Shown: positions 26,236 to 38,250 of the stretch, one piece after another
Layout: each line of letters begins with the position of its first letter
How positions within the stretch are numbered: the stretch's first letter is position 1
Assembly: GCF_004010195.1 (NCBI RefSeq)
Contig: NC_057726.1
Location: 21,535,283 to 21,599,282 of the forward strand
Source: Chiloscyllium plagiosum
Lineage: Eukaryota
Direction: 5' to 3'
Length of the DNA stretch: 64,000 nt
Position numbers and translations under genes: made by a program
Notes under the pieces: model-generated
The model's database searches: none
What the model was told of the DNA's origin: nothing
Seen by the model: only the letters and a program-made list of their open reading frames with translations

Positions 26236-28354
26236 TATTCTGTTAAAGAAGAACTTAACTTCCAGGAGATGGAAGAAGGAATGTGGGCCTTCCTATTTAA
26301 AACCTAACCCAGTGCCAACTAATCACTTTTCCACTTGTTTTCCAGGAGAGATGGATTCTGTCCATTGTATCAAAGATTGGACTTCAACATTCCTGAGGCT
26401 AGGGAGGCCAGTATTGGGGGCAGGTCTGCTAAAGGGAACAAAATTTGTTGTAGAACTCAAATCCTCTCAACGCTTTTTGTGGGCTGAATGCCAGATCATG
26501 ACTCATTACATTATAGCATAAAAGATACAAAGTCAGCAACTGAAGTATTATCTGTGTTTATGTCAGTAACAGTGGCTTTTGGCTTTGAACACTGCTGGGG
26601 CTTTGAAAATGGGTAAGTTCAGGTGTTCAAAAGCCAGTTTTTAAACTGATCAATCTCAAAGCAAAATGACTATGCTGGGCAATGGACAGCAGCAAAAATA
26701 TTTAAAAGCATTACTGGAGAAGGTTTCATGTTGCAGCCGAAGTGTCACAACAAATTCCATCCATTCCCTGTGATATTTATAGTAAGTTAACTTCAGGAGA
26801 TCTGATGAAACCATCAAAATGGTGACACAGGTATGAGTAATGTTAATGTGTGTTACCACTTTTTTTCACTCCAGCTTAAATGTGGAAATGTAAAATGTAG
26901 CATTTCTATCACAAAAGCAGAATATCAATGGATTAGTCAGACCCTTAATTGTTCCATGTGATGACAAATCAGTGCTGAAGGCAGAAGGCAATCTAAATTG
27001 TTTTCTTTCCTATAATAGTATTCCAATTGCCTGCACACAGTAATTAAAATCCATTGACCTTACTTTTGTTTATTGTGACAGAATAATTATTGTAAGTGTA
27101 CTCAGTGAACAATTTTTGTCAGGCTAAATTGTGCTCCTTCTCACATCCAGAATTTCAAGGATTTATTAAGATTATAATTGTATTAATTTAGAAGGATTTT
27201 AAAATACAGTGAAGTACTGTATTGGCCACTTATTTAAATACTAAACTTCCACCAAGTGCTTGACAGAATATCTCTATTCAGCATTGATTCTGAAGAGATT
27301 AATCTTACAAAATGTGTTGGTCAATAGCTCATTTATTATGCAATATGCATGATCATTTCAACTTGCATTCATTCTGCATTGCTAAAAATTGCACTTGGCA
27401 TCTTTCTCAGATCTAGACATGCAACACTACTGACACTAATGAGAATCCCTTTGGTCATTTTTGGATTGTAATGAAGAACTGCATTGTACAAAACATCCAG
27501 ATTATTTTCCACACAGATGTTTTCTAGGCATAAAATTGAGATGAAGGCTTTCCTTCAAACATACATGAATATTGCAAAACTGTTCAAAGCATTTTGCTGA
27601 GAAAAGATTGTAAGTATGCGTGCTTTTGAATAATAAGATGCTCTTCCAGAAGCATATGCTCCCAGAGACCTCAAATCCAAAATGTGTAATCATTTAGCTT
27701 GGCCAAACTAATAATCAGCTAATAGGTACTGAATTCCACAAGAATATTCAAACACTGGTGTCGTTAAAGGAACTGAACATAGCATTTTTGCTGTTTACTA
27801 AATGGACAGCCGAAATCATGTATTTTTTGGTGTAATTGTTCTGACCTCTCATTTAGATTTCTCAGTGCAAATACAAACAAAAGTCCAATAGGTGGACAGA
27901 CAGACAGTTCTCCTATTTATAAAGAATATGGATGTACAGTAATGCCCTGTCTTCTTACACAATTATCAATAAACCTTTTAACCAGAAGTTTAAGATGAAA
28001 GTTTGTCAACATGATTCCTGGTTAAACTTGCATTGAAGGGGATTTTAGAAATCCAAATAAATGTAAGATTTTGTTTCACGATTCAAAGCTTGCTTTTGTC
28101 ACTGGGTTATTTAGAAAGCTGCAGTTGCACAACAAATGCTCATTGATGCAATTTAGACAAGTTACTATGGTTATGAATGGAAGCAAAATTTCAGCCAGTA
28201 ATTTAATGAAAACAACTTAACGATTCCAAAAATACATGATGCATCCTCTCCTGAGCAAGTTGATTTGGAGCTCTTAGCCTTTACTTCACGTAATTCAACA
28301 AAAAAGCATTACCTTATCCTATTTACAATATTATCAGAAATATTGCAATGCATT

Positions 28355-28650
28355 CTTAGGGATCTTGTGGGAGAGTCTAAAACCAGAGGGTATAATCCCA
28401 GCGTTGCCCATTTATGGCAGAGATGAGGAAGAAATTTCTCTCAAAGTCTGTGGAATTGTTTACCGCAGGGAGCTGTTGAGGCTGGGTCATTAAATATATT
28501 CAAGGCTGCGGTAGGTTTTTAATCAGTAAGGGAATCACGGTTTATGGACAAATAGGAAACTGGAGTTGAGAATGATCAAATTTATCATGATCTGATGGAA
28601 TAACTGAGCAGACTCAATGGAGTGAATGATCTAATTCTGCTTTGTCTTCG
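28355..28650 (+). mobile_element. CR1 LINE 3' end (old)
   Basis: ggagagtctaaaaccagaggg...gagatgaggaagaaatttc...ctgtggaatt...attcaaggctg...aagggaatc, homologous to the CR1 3' ORF end. Confidence 0.75.
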
Positions 28651-29312
28651 GAATAATACAGGAGAATTTCAAACAGCACTACTTGATTATCTATACTGCA
28701 TGCTAACTGCAGTGCCTATTCCCTTACTCCAGATGAATATTAATGAATCAGCAATTAGATTGTGTTAGTTGAGCAAACAAACAAATAACGCAGACTGATT
28801 CCAAATAATTTACAAACGATGGGTGCCAAATGGAGAATGGAAAAAAAGCAAGGACTCACTGGATTGTCTCTAGACGAAGATGAATAAAGGCTGGCACATT
28901 TTGGGTTGAAATTTGTGGGGCCAACAGGGGTCACATTCACAGGTTGGAGAACTGGTGGGGAATTCCTGTTAGTCCCATGCAGGAGACCTGGCACAATCCA
29001 ATGTGCCGGACTGGCCACCATCAGACTCCCCACCGCTGAGAGGCCCAGGGGCAGAAATCCTTCCAAATATGAGATTCCAGACAATCAGAGGAACTGCAAC
29101 CTTTCTGAACAAGGGTGAATGAGGGCAGGGTGGGGCTCACAGACATAGGGAGGTGGGTGGCTTTCAGTGACCCACCTCATTCCTGATGACAGGGTTCCCC
29201 CGCATTGGGCACTGAGTGCCTGAATGACTGACCCATCTGCAGATCTTGGATACTCGACAAACATTGCTGGACAGTTCTCTCAAAAGGATGAAAAAGCTTC
29301 CCAGTTGCATCC

Positions 29313-29812
29313 ACCTTCTGCTAAGATGGCGGTGGAGTAGGACGCTCCAATTGGAGCTCCTCTGCCCTGCCCCTTTCTCTTCTTTTTCCATCCTCTCATC
29401 CCTTCTCTCGGCCTCGGAGTCTCAGCCTCCGAAGCGATGGAGATGCTGGCGACCGGAGCGGCCCAGTGGGGGGAGGGGAGGATCGTGGCCTGGTGCAGGA
29501 GTAGGGATAGCAGCCCCCAGATTGGAGCGTGGCAGCAGCCAGTGGTTTGATCACATGGAGGCCCCCTGCTTTGGTCTGCTGCAGACAGCCTTTGGAGAGA
29601 AACTGTGATGCTCGCCTTTTTATCTTTGGTTCTTGTTTTCCTGCCCTATGGTCATACAGTGTACAGCTGGAATGTAACTCTTCTTCTGTATTTCTCTATT
29701 CTGTAATGAAGGATTGTACCTAGGTACCTTTGCACTGAAGACAGCACTGTTTATGGTGATTTACAAACTTTTCACTGTACTCATTTGAGTATATGTGACA
29801 ATAAAGCTAATA
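29313..29812 (+). mobile_element. Unclassified non-autonomous retroelement-like insert
   Basis: GC-rich 5' part starting AAGATGGCGG (YY1-like, 29323). Ends ttttcactgtactc...gtgacaataaagctaat. Sits within older GC-rich repeat sequence. Confidence 0.45.
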
Positions 29813-30899
29813 TACATTTAGCACCAGCAGTGAGGCCTCAAGGATAATGGATGTCAACTGAATCACGAATAAGCCAAATTGAATACCTCCTCAGCCCCTT
29901 GTTACCCTCTTGATTTAATCGTGACGGGAGCTTTGGCCATGACTGGGAAATTGACACAGTGGCACTCCCATGGTTAAATGAAACTAGCCAACCTTTTTTC
30001 CATTGCAAGCAGCAGCATTAAACCCAAAACTTTATTTATCCTTCCTTTTCATCAATCTTACCTTTACAATGGGGTGTCTGTGTTACTCTAATTAAAGAAT
30101 TTTACTGGGTCAAGTTGACTGGTGAAACAAAAGACGATGGTCCCATAATATTCACTACATAGCAACTGTAACAGCATCAATACATTTTTTTGCACACCAG
30201 CACTGAAGACAGGCAGGATGTTTCACTACCCGGTCATGATAAATAGCAACTGTCACCACTATTAGATTCAGCATTTTAAGTGGAGTGCAGAGTCCTCAGG
30301 AAATAGAAAACAGACTCATAATCTTACCAAAAATAACCAATCACTGGGGCAGAGGGGCTGGGTGGAAAAAGAGGCTGTCAGGGTCATCATGTGTAGCAGG
30401 GGGACCTGGAACATGCAGGTCCTAGGGATCAGGGTACCTGTTGACTCCGTGAGGTCTGGTACTGGGAATGTTTGGCACGATCTACATTGCCATCCAGAAT
30501 TTTCCCTTCCCAGATGCAAAGTACTCTTAGAAAATGGCTGAAACAATGCCCGGGGTGGGCTGAGTAAGTGTCAGATTGATGTCTAAATTATGGGATCCAT
30601 GTTCGTTGTACAGACAAAAAACAAAATGAAACAGCTGTCTGCAAAGCCCAGGCACACTGGATTTGCAACCATTCCATTTCCCATTTTATATGCATTCAGC
30701 TGGAGGATTCTGATGGGTCAGATACTGATCAAAAGCGATTTACTATACTCCATTGGTGCATGCAAACGGAACCTACACATGTCAATAACATGTCAGCAGC
30801 AATGACAGTAAAAATGACCAGTGCTGACTGATGGGAAATGAGCATTCACCTCCAAGGGTCCTGTTTGAGCCAGATAAGTTCCGGTTCTTTCTATCACAT

Positions 30900-31160
30900 A
30901 AGTATTATGATTGTCCATGCAGAACACAATGTCAGGTCCAGCATATGATGTCACATCATTCTGGTATGCTGTGCTCTACATTATCAGAGCAGGCAACAAG
31001 ACAATGTCCTGGATGCAGAGGTATTGAAGTAACGGGAGCAGTTTTCCGCGATTGAGGACAAGGACATTCGGATGGAGGAAGCAGACATTGTCCATGACAC
31101 AGCTCAGCTGCATCAAGTGTTTCAAGCCAAATAGGACCTCATTGACACAATGGAAGAGAA
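30900..31160 (+). mobile_element. PIF/Harbinger transposase C-terminal remnant
   Basis: HIILVCCALH at 30952-30981 (HARBI1-type IxxxCCxLHN), followed by an acidic stretch and ..DLIDT. Possible TIR remnants at 30494 (ccagaattttccc) and 31842-31850 (attcagccc). Confidence 0.55.
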
Positions 31161-33227
31161 CTGGGTGCAGCAGGAAATCATTGACCATAACACACTTAAA
31201 TCATGATGCTAAATCCGTTTGGCATTGTGGGCATGCAGTTCAGCCTCTGTTAGCTTCACTGCTTTTCCATTTTCCTGTCTGGAAATAAAACCTCATGGTT
31301 GGGTTTGGAATTGTTTCATTTCTTGTTCTTCTGTGGGGCTCCCCAATTGAACAATGACAATATGTGAGTCTGAAGTGTACACTGGGGACAGAGTAGCACT
31401 GAAATGGAGGGTGTTTAGACAATGTATTTAGAGACATGTACAGTGTATGGCATGCTGATGGAACAACGACAAGTGGTTCCATGTGCGAGGCACTGTCAGC
31501 AATATGCAGTGACCAGCACAGCTTTATTGCTGCAGTGCAATTAGATTGGCAATCCTCTGTTTCCCCTCACTGAGGAAGCTTATCCGAGTGCACGGTGGCC
31601 TTTCAAAATGGCACATGTGCAAGAGATTCCAATCTTTGGGTGGATATCCGCTGAGCGTTGAGTCATTGTGGCAATGGTGCATAAGATAGGGCAGAATTTG
31701 GACATGAGAGACACCATAGAGGTGGGACAAGTAATTAATGTGCCGAGTTTAATGAAATGGGCAGTAAAGTATTCTAGGTCTCATCGCGTAAAACTCTTCA
31801 AGATATTTGATGCAATGTGAACGGAGCCAAAGATAAATATTATTCAGCCCTTTGCCTTCAATTACAGTAGTGTGTGATGGACCAAGGAATCTGTCTGCCC
31901 AAGTTATGATGACAGTAGCTCCAAGGACCACAGATTTTAGTGGTTTCTCTCAATAGGTCTATATTTTGGTTTCTATATCATTAAATTTTTTTAACCTTTT
32001 AATTTAAAACTGAAAACAGAACAATCTTCCTCAAATTTTCTACTGTTGTACAATAAGGGGTCAATAGAAGTGCGAACACTACCACAATACAGCACAGTGC
32101 CAACATAGAACCACACTACATTTAAGTTATGTAAATATACAACATATTTTGAAGTTTTCAACCACTGTACTGCAACTGACTTAAATCATAAATTTAAACC
32201 GTGATTTATTTATAAGTAATGGATATTAGTTTAAGACATATGTAAACGACTCCTTATAGGGGCCAATTTACTGAACGGATACATGTGGCAGTACTTGACT
32301 GACCCTGATTTTGAGTCTTCCTCTCATTGGGAAATCTCAGTCTTGAAATTTCCCTTGATAATCCAGCCAAGATTTGGAACCCCTCATGTGAGAAATCACA
32401 GGTAAAACTCCATGTCTGACACATACCTTGCTTGTATAATTTTCAAATATCTCAGGGGAAGTGAAGTTACAGCACACAGACCGATTTACAAGCAGACACA
32501 GCAGGTATCAGATCATGAATGAGATGAGAGCTCACTTACCTAAATTAATTGCTTTGGGTGACAAAGGTTAGTCTTCAAACAAGATTAAAATAGCAAACTA
32601 AATTCAAACATGTTCAAACAGTTTACTGTATTTGTAAAACTCAGTCGATTTCAGATTCAGAAAATACCATTGCTAAGCATGTATACCAAAGCTAAACTGC
32701 ATTAAATCCAGAATAATAAATAGTCTAGTTGTCAGCATTATAAGATAATGCAGCATAATCAAATGATTCAGATGACATAAAGCAAAGCAGTATTATGTCT
32801 CAAACAGCTTGCAAAGATCATCTGAATGCAATGATTGTATTACAGTCCATAATTGGATGCAACACATCTGCTATTTCATAATAATATAGAGTGGCTGTGT
32901 CATCATGTACATCCCACTAGTTACTGTGCTGGAGAGTCTGCAATATCTTTGTGACTGTGCAAATATTCCACTATGATTCCAGCTTTCTGACCAGATGTGA
33001 TATAGGATGGAATAGAACAGCAAGCCGAATAGAAATATTATGCCACATAAAAGAAAAGGAGCTGGAGAATCAAGAAATTTGTGTTGCAGAGACTGACACA
33101 GTAATAGAAACATTGGCATGGTGGTTGGATATCCAATGTGTTCACAGTGTTTCTCCTATTTCTTACTCTTTTTGAGTGGAGGACAGCATTTTTTTCAAAA
33201 GTAAAATGGGACAGTGCCAATTTAAAA

Positions 33228-33272
33228 TTAGATGGAGGTGTTAGTGTTGGACTGGGGTGTGATTTTTAACTT
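33228..33272. mobile_element. Collapsed 45-bp remnant of the PLE family seen at 61353-62052
   Basis: gatggaggtgttagtgttggactggggtgt matches the reverse complement of that element's tail and is joined to gatttttaactt, its arm end. Flanked by aatttaaaa at 33219-33227 and 33273-33281. Confidence 0.6.
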
Positions 33273-36152
33273 AATTTAAAAGTTAAGAGAAAGAGAGAAT
33301 GCGTTTGTTAATCTGTGCGTTTAGCCTTCACTACATGAAAAGTATCTATGTATTAAGCTGGTCCATTGAATGCCACCATTTAAGTCTCCGACATAGTTCA
33401 TAATGGCGAAATGTTGAACCTTCTGGTGTTTTGGATTTGAAGTACGATTGTGCTATTTATGGATCCCACGATGGAGCTTTACTTGAGCTGGGGTGCCCCT
33501 TTAACACCAATGCTGATCTACAACTAGCCAGAAAGTCTTCAGAGTACACACATTCGACAAGAAATTAGAGGGCCTTTGCAGCTGGCTGCAGTAAATCCTG
33601 CTAACAGGCAACAAGACTGAACAGACATGACCATCTTTCTTTGATTTGGAGAAACAACTTTGACATTTAAACTGAGATGTATCTGCACACGAGATACAAT
33701 GGACTGGCCTCTCCTCCAAAACAAGTTGGATCGTGGCAAGATTGAGGCGGAATAATAACAGTAATGCCTCCTACTCTTCACTGCACTCAATAGAATTTCC
33801 ACTCCTACAGCAGACAAGGTGGGGCCCTTGTCTGCAGTTAATCTTTCTCCCATCCAATCTCCTTATCTAATTTCTGGCCCCATTCGCTGAAGCCCCCTCA
33901 TGAAACACTTCTGACTTGCTTTGGATTTCTCCAGAAAGAACTGTGCTTAAAACCAACTACGTTGGCAAACTTTGGTCACCCATCCTAATGTGTCTCCTCT
34001 GTTGTTTTGACATTCATTTTAAAATATTTTTTATAAAGTACTTTTGGGCATTTTACTCTATAAATGAAATTATATCAAAACAAATTGTTATTATTTAGTT
34101 TACACACTGGATCATGAGTGAAAGACATAGCCAAGTTTTATGGAAACAAAGGATTTTTATCATCCCATTCTCCAGGCAGTGGTGATGTTTTACATCAACC
34201 TGAACAAGACAACAGGACTTAGTGGGTGTAAAGTTTTTTTATAATAGAAAAGTTAACACCGACAATGTAGCAATCCTTCTGTCATACGGAAATATCCTTT
34301 CAAAGCAATGACATGGGTTGGCCTTCAACCTACAATATTTTGACACAAATGCAAGTGTACTACTTAAGCTTAGCCGCACTTAGGCAAGTTTGTTTCCGAG
34401 CAATGCTAGTTTAAAATCAACCTTTTGATGTAATTTTGCAATGCACATATGTCAACATGTACAGAACATTTAAAAGGTCAGAAAGGGCCTGTTCTTCTGA
34501 GAATTGCCTTCTTATCTGAAGTAGATATTCAGTCCCTGTGAGGAACTCAACTCCAGCAATATGCAGTGGCCAGCAGCTCAGAATTATGTAGGTTAATGGA
34601 CACCTGCAGGAAAACAATCAAATTCTATTGATGTGTGAGTATTTTCTGGGCATGATTTTGTTGGGAGGTGAAAGTGGAAGGAAAGTAAACTTTACAGATG
34701 ACTCCTTCAAGACAAAAGCTGTCCTCTTCAATCTGCCCAGTTGTACAATTGAAAGAGCTAAAGACTGGTTGCAGGTCCAATGAGAACATGGGCAGGACTT
34801 CTCTTGCAAGCTTCAGGTCCCCCACCAATCAACTGAAAAGTGGATCAGAAGCCTGTAGTTGAGAAACAGCCCCTTTGATTCTTTCTATCAGAAGGACATT
34901 GGCCTGTGAAAATCTCTTCTTCAGAAAGCAATCCAGGCATTATATTTAAGGCTGCATTTTGTTGATTTTCAGTTGACAAGACAACTAAAGGCTATTGGAG
35001 GTGGAGGGGGATATGTTTTGATTTAACAGGATAGCTACGATCTCATTACATGGCAGCTTCCTGCTGGATTTAGTAGACCGATGACCGGAAGAAGACTTTC
35101 AATCTGAAAAGGAGAGACTCCACAAAGGATAAGTGAGAAGCCATATCAAAACTCAAGCTAGTCTTTCTTTTAAAATTCAAGGTTTGAAACGTGTTTTGAA
35201 GCCAGGCCATCACGGTGGGTGGGTGGGAGAGGAGGGCCCTTCTATAGTTGTGGCTTCAGCTGAGCAGCCAAAGTTGACCCACCAGAGATCTGCTTGTGGG
35301 AGGAGGCCTCTGAGACCGAAACTCTCCCGCTGCTGCATGCAGAAACCTTAAGGCCACTTGGAAAATCCCAGTTCACTTCCTTTAATTGGCATTAAGCGTC
35401 TACATACTGGAAGGTGCAGGTTCTGCCACACACCCCATGCCATCCCTGCCAAATGGGCAAGATGAGGAGTGAAGCAGGAGCAAGGCATCTTTTCACATCC
35501 AGTCAACCTTGTCAAGGCTTCAAGAAAATATCAGAATAGTATTCCAGATCCTGGGGCTTGTTGCTGGGGACCTCACCATCTGGATCCAATGGTGTCTGCT
35601 GCGTACACGATACTAACATGAATGAGGTCTAATCATGGAAGATATCACCCTCTATATGACCCATTCAGCACAAACACAATGAATTGATTAGCCTCTTCCT
35701 ATGGTGTATATTCCTATGACTTTATGACATCACCCTACCTGTTGCATCATCCCAGCTAACACAGATGTTCACTCTTTTATCGGTTGCTTCCTTAATCTCT
35801 AGCTATCAGAAGGAAACTTTTGATTTGAAGTTCAAATAAAGCGCAGGCAATTTATTTCCCTCTAAGTGACATGAGTGCCTGCCATTACGGTATTCAACCA
35901 CAGCGCTTTCACTGAATCATAGTTTATGGTGTGCATTTCCCAAAACCTATTATTTTGTTCCTCCAAATCGATGTCCATAGCAGATGAAGAAAGTAAGGTG
36001 AATAATTGTGTGTAGGAAATATTTGTAATTCGCTGGCCCCATACTCTCCTTGAATTGGTTATGACATGACCCTGGAACTGGCTCCAATGTGGCCAATTCT
36101 TCAGCAGCTGTCTAGCCTGGGAACATTTAATTACTTGCATAGAAACTCCATT

Positions 36153-36351
36153 AGGAGAAAGTGAGGACTGCAGGAGTCGAGAGTGTGGTGCTGGGAAAGC
36201 ACAACAGGTCAGGTAGCATCCGAGGAGCAGGAGAATCAACGTTTTGGGTATAAGCCCTTCCTGATGACGGGCTTCTGCCTGAAACATTGATTCTCCTGCT
36301 CCTCGGATGGTGCTTGAACTGCTGGGCTTTTCCAATACCACACTCGCGACC
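36153..36351. mobile_element. Hairpin (inverted pLTR) PLE insertion with 13-bp TSD and hammerhead motif
   Basis: TSD tagaaactccatt at 36140-36152 and 36352-36364, with inverted arms. Plus-strand CTGATGA-C-GGGC-TTCT-GCCT-GAAA-CA-TT at 36261-36288 (CpG-decayed). Confidence 0.88.
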
Positions 36352-37248
36352 TAGAAACTCCATTCCCTTACTCCACAATTTATTAATTCCGCTGTTGCTT
36401 TCTTCCAGCCAGGCATTTCTCAAATTCACCATCCAAATCCAAATCAATCAAATCAATCAAACATTTTTGAAATCAAGTTCCTTTTGCCTTCTACATTTAG
36501 CCCCTGACCTTTAACATGACCACCTTCCTTTAAATGCTTGTTCTAGCCTTTCACGTTGCTGCAATGTTAAATCAATGTGCAAGTTCACAGCACAAGTCAG
36601 AACATTTGCAAGCTAGCAAAATCGATAACTTGTTTCAGTTTGGTTGAACACAAAACTTAGACCGTTGTTTTTGTGTGATCCGAGAATATTACAAGAGAGG
36701 GTGAGAAGTGCACAAATATGAACTTAGTAGTTTGAAAAATAAGCTGTGTTTGTACTCAGAGCTTTGTCTTTATGAAATTTCTACATCTTTATTTTAACAG
36801 ATACATCCATGCAATCTGTCTAACTACTCTGATGAAATAGAGGCATACTCAATTTCATTTTAATGCATTCATTAGTGATACTACACAGCTTGATCTCAAG
36901 CTACATCAGATAGAGAATAACATATATAAATACATTTTTAAATAAGTGTTGTGCTTATATTACTTGGAATGGGTATGTCTTTCATTATCAGTATCGAACT
37001 TTCAAGTTGTAATTCACTGTGAGGTCAAGTCAAGGTCCTTCCAAAATAAAAACAGAAAGATCAGGCAGCATCTGTCTGGAGAGAGAAAGCAGTGTTAATG
37101 TTTCAAGGTCCCAAAATTTAGCTAGAAACAAGGTCAATTTTCAGTAAGAGGTGGATGGCACAGAATGAGGTTGCATTTAATTATGCACATCAGCCCAGGT
37201 GGGGCAGCCAGTGTACATGCACAGGAGTACAGACATGCAGTGGGGCAT

Positions 37249-37409
37249 TTTTAGAGTGGTACTGGAAAAGCACAGCAGGTCAGGCAGCATCCAAAGAGCA
37301 GGAAAATCAACATTTTGGGCAGGAACCTTTCATCGGGAATTTCTGAAGAAGGGCACCAGCCTGAAACATCGATTCTGATCTCCAGCATCTGCAGTCCTCA
37401 CTTTCGCCT
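37249..37409. mobile_element. Hairpin PLE insertion with 14-bp TSD and hammerhead motif
   Basis: TSD atgcagtggg(g/a)cat at 37235-37248 and 37410-37423. Plus-strand CTGAAGA-A-GGGC-ACCA-GCCT-GAAA-CA-TC at 37343-37370. Confidence 0.85.
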
Positions 37410-38250
37410 ATGCAGTGGGACATCACTACTAAGCAACAAGAGCAGCTATCTGCCACAAACATCACTGTGTGATCATATCGAGGCTTCTCCTCCTTCTGAG
37501 CAGCCACTTTTTTCTTGTCTCAGCTCAAGCTGACAACATGTGAGGAGTGGTGGTGATGGTGGCGTGGGAAAAGCAGAAAAAAGTAAGGCAGTTTGTGTAT
37601 GCACTGCTGATGACATCACTGACACAGAATGTGCTGATATCAGCAATGCACGCTGAGATGAATCCTGAAGCCTGTCATAGATAGCTGATACCAGTGACCC
37701 ACTCTGCACATCGCTGTGGCCATTTCAGTCTTTGGAGTAATTACTCCAGTAAAGTAAGGGCAGTTGTACTTCTACCCTAGGTTAAGTTACTGGGCATGTG
37801 CAAAGGGAACATAGGAACAACAGTAGGCCATTCAACCTGGCAAGACTGTTCCACCATTAATTGCGATCAAGAAAGCCTGCTGTTGCTCATTCACATAGAT
37901 CATCACATTAACACAGGTGGGACAGGAACCAAAGGAAGTTTTCTGATAGGGTGGGAGCCTGAACGACAGAAGTCTCCCAGGGGCAAAAGGGAATGGTGAA
38001 GAGCCAAGACCAGAAACAAAGAAACTAAACATGTTCCGACAACAGGTAATTTACTGACAGGAAAGAGAAAGAAAATGAAACAAGCAGGGAAAAAGTAAAC
38101 AAAATGGGGTCAGAATTTACACCCTGAACCAGTAGAATTCAATGTTGAGTCCAAAAACGAGAAAGTGCCTAAATGAAAAGGGAGATTTTGTTCCTGCTCT
38201 CTTGTCTTCCATCCAATCACAGACCTTCCTTTTCGTTCAGATTTAAGTGC

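Noticed and set aside
32530-32600. Minus-strand gtaagt donor
   Set aside because: No cadherin-like reading frame, and nearby stops.
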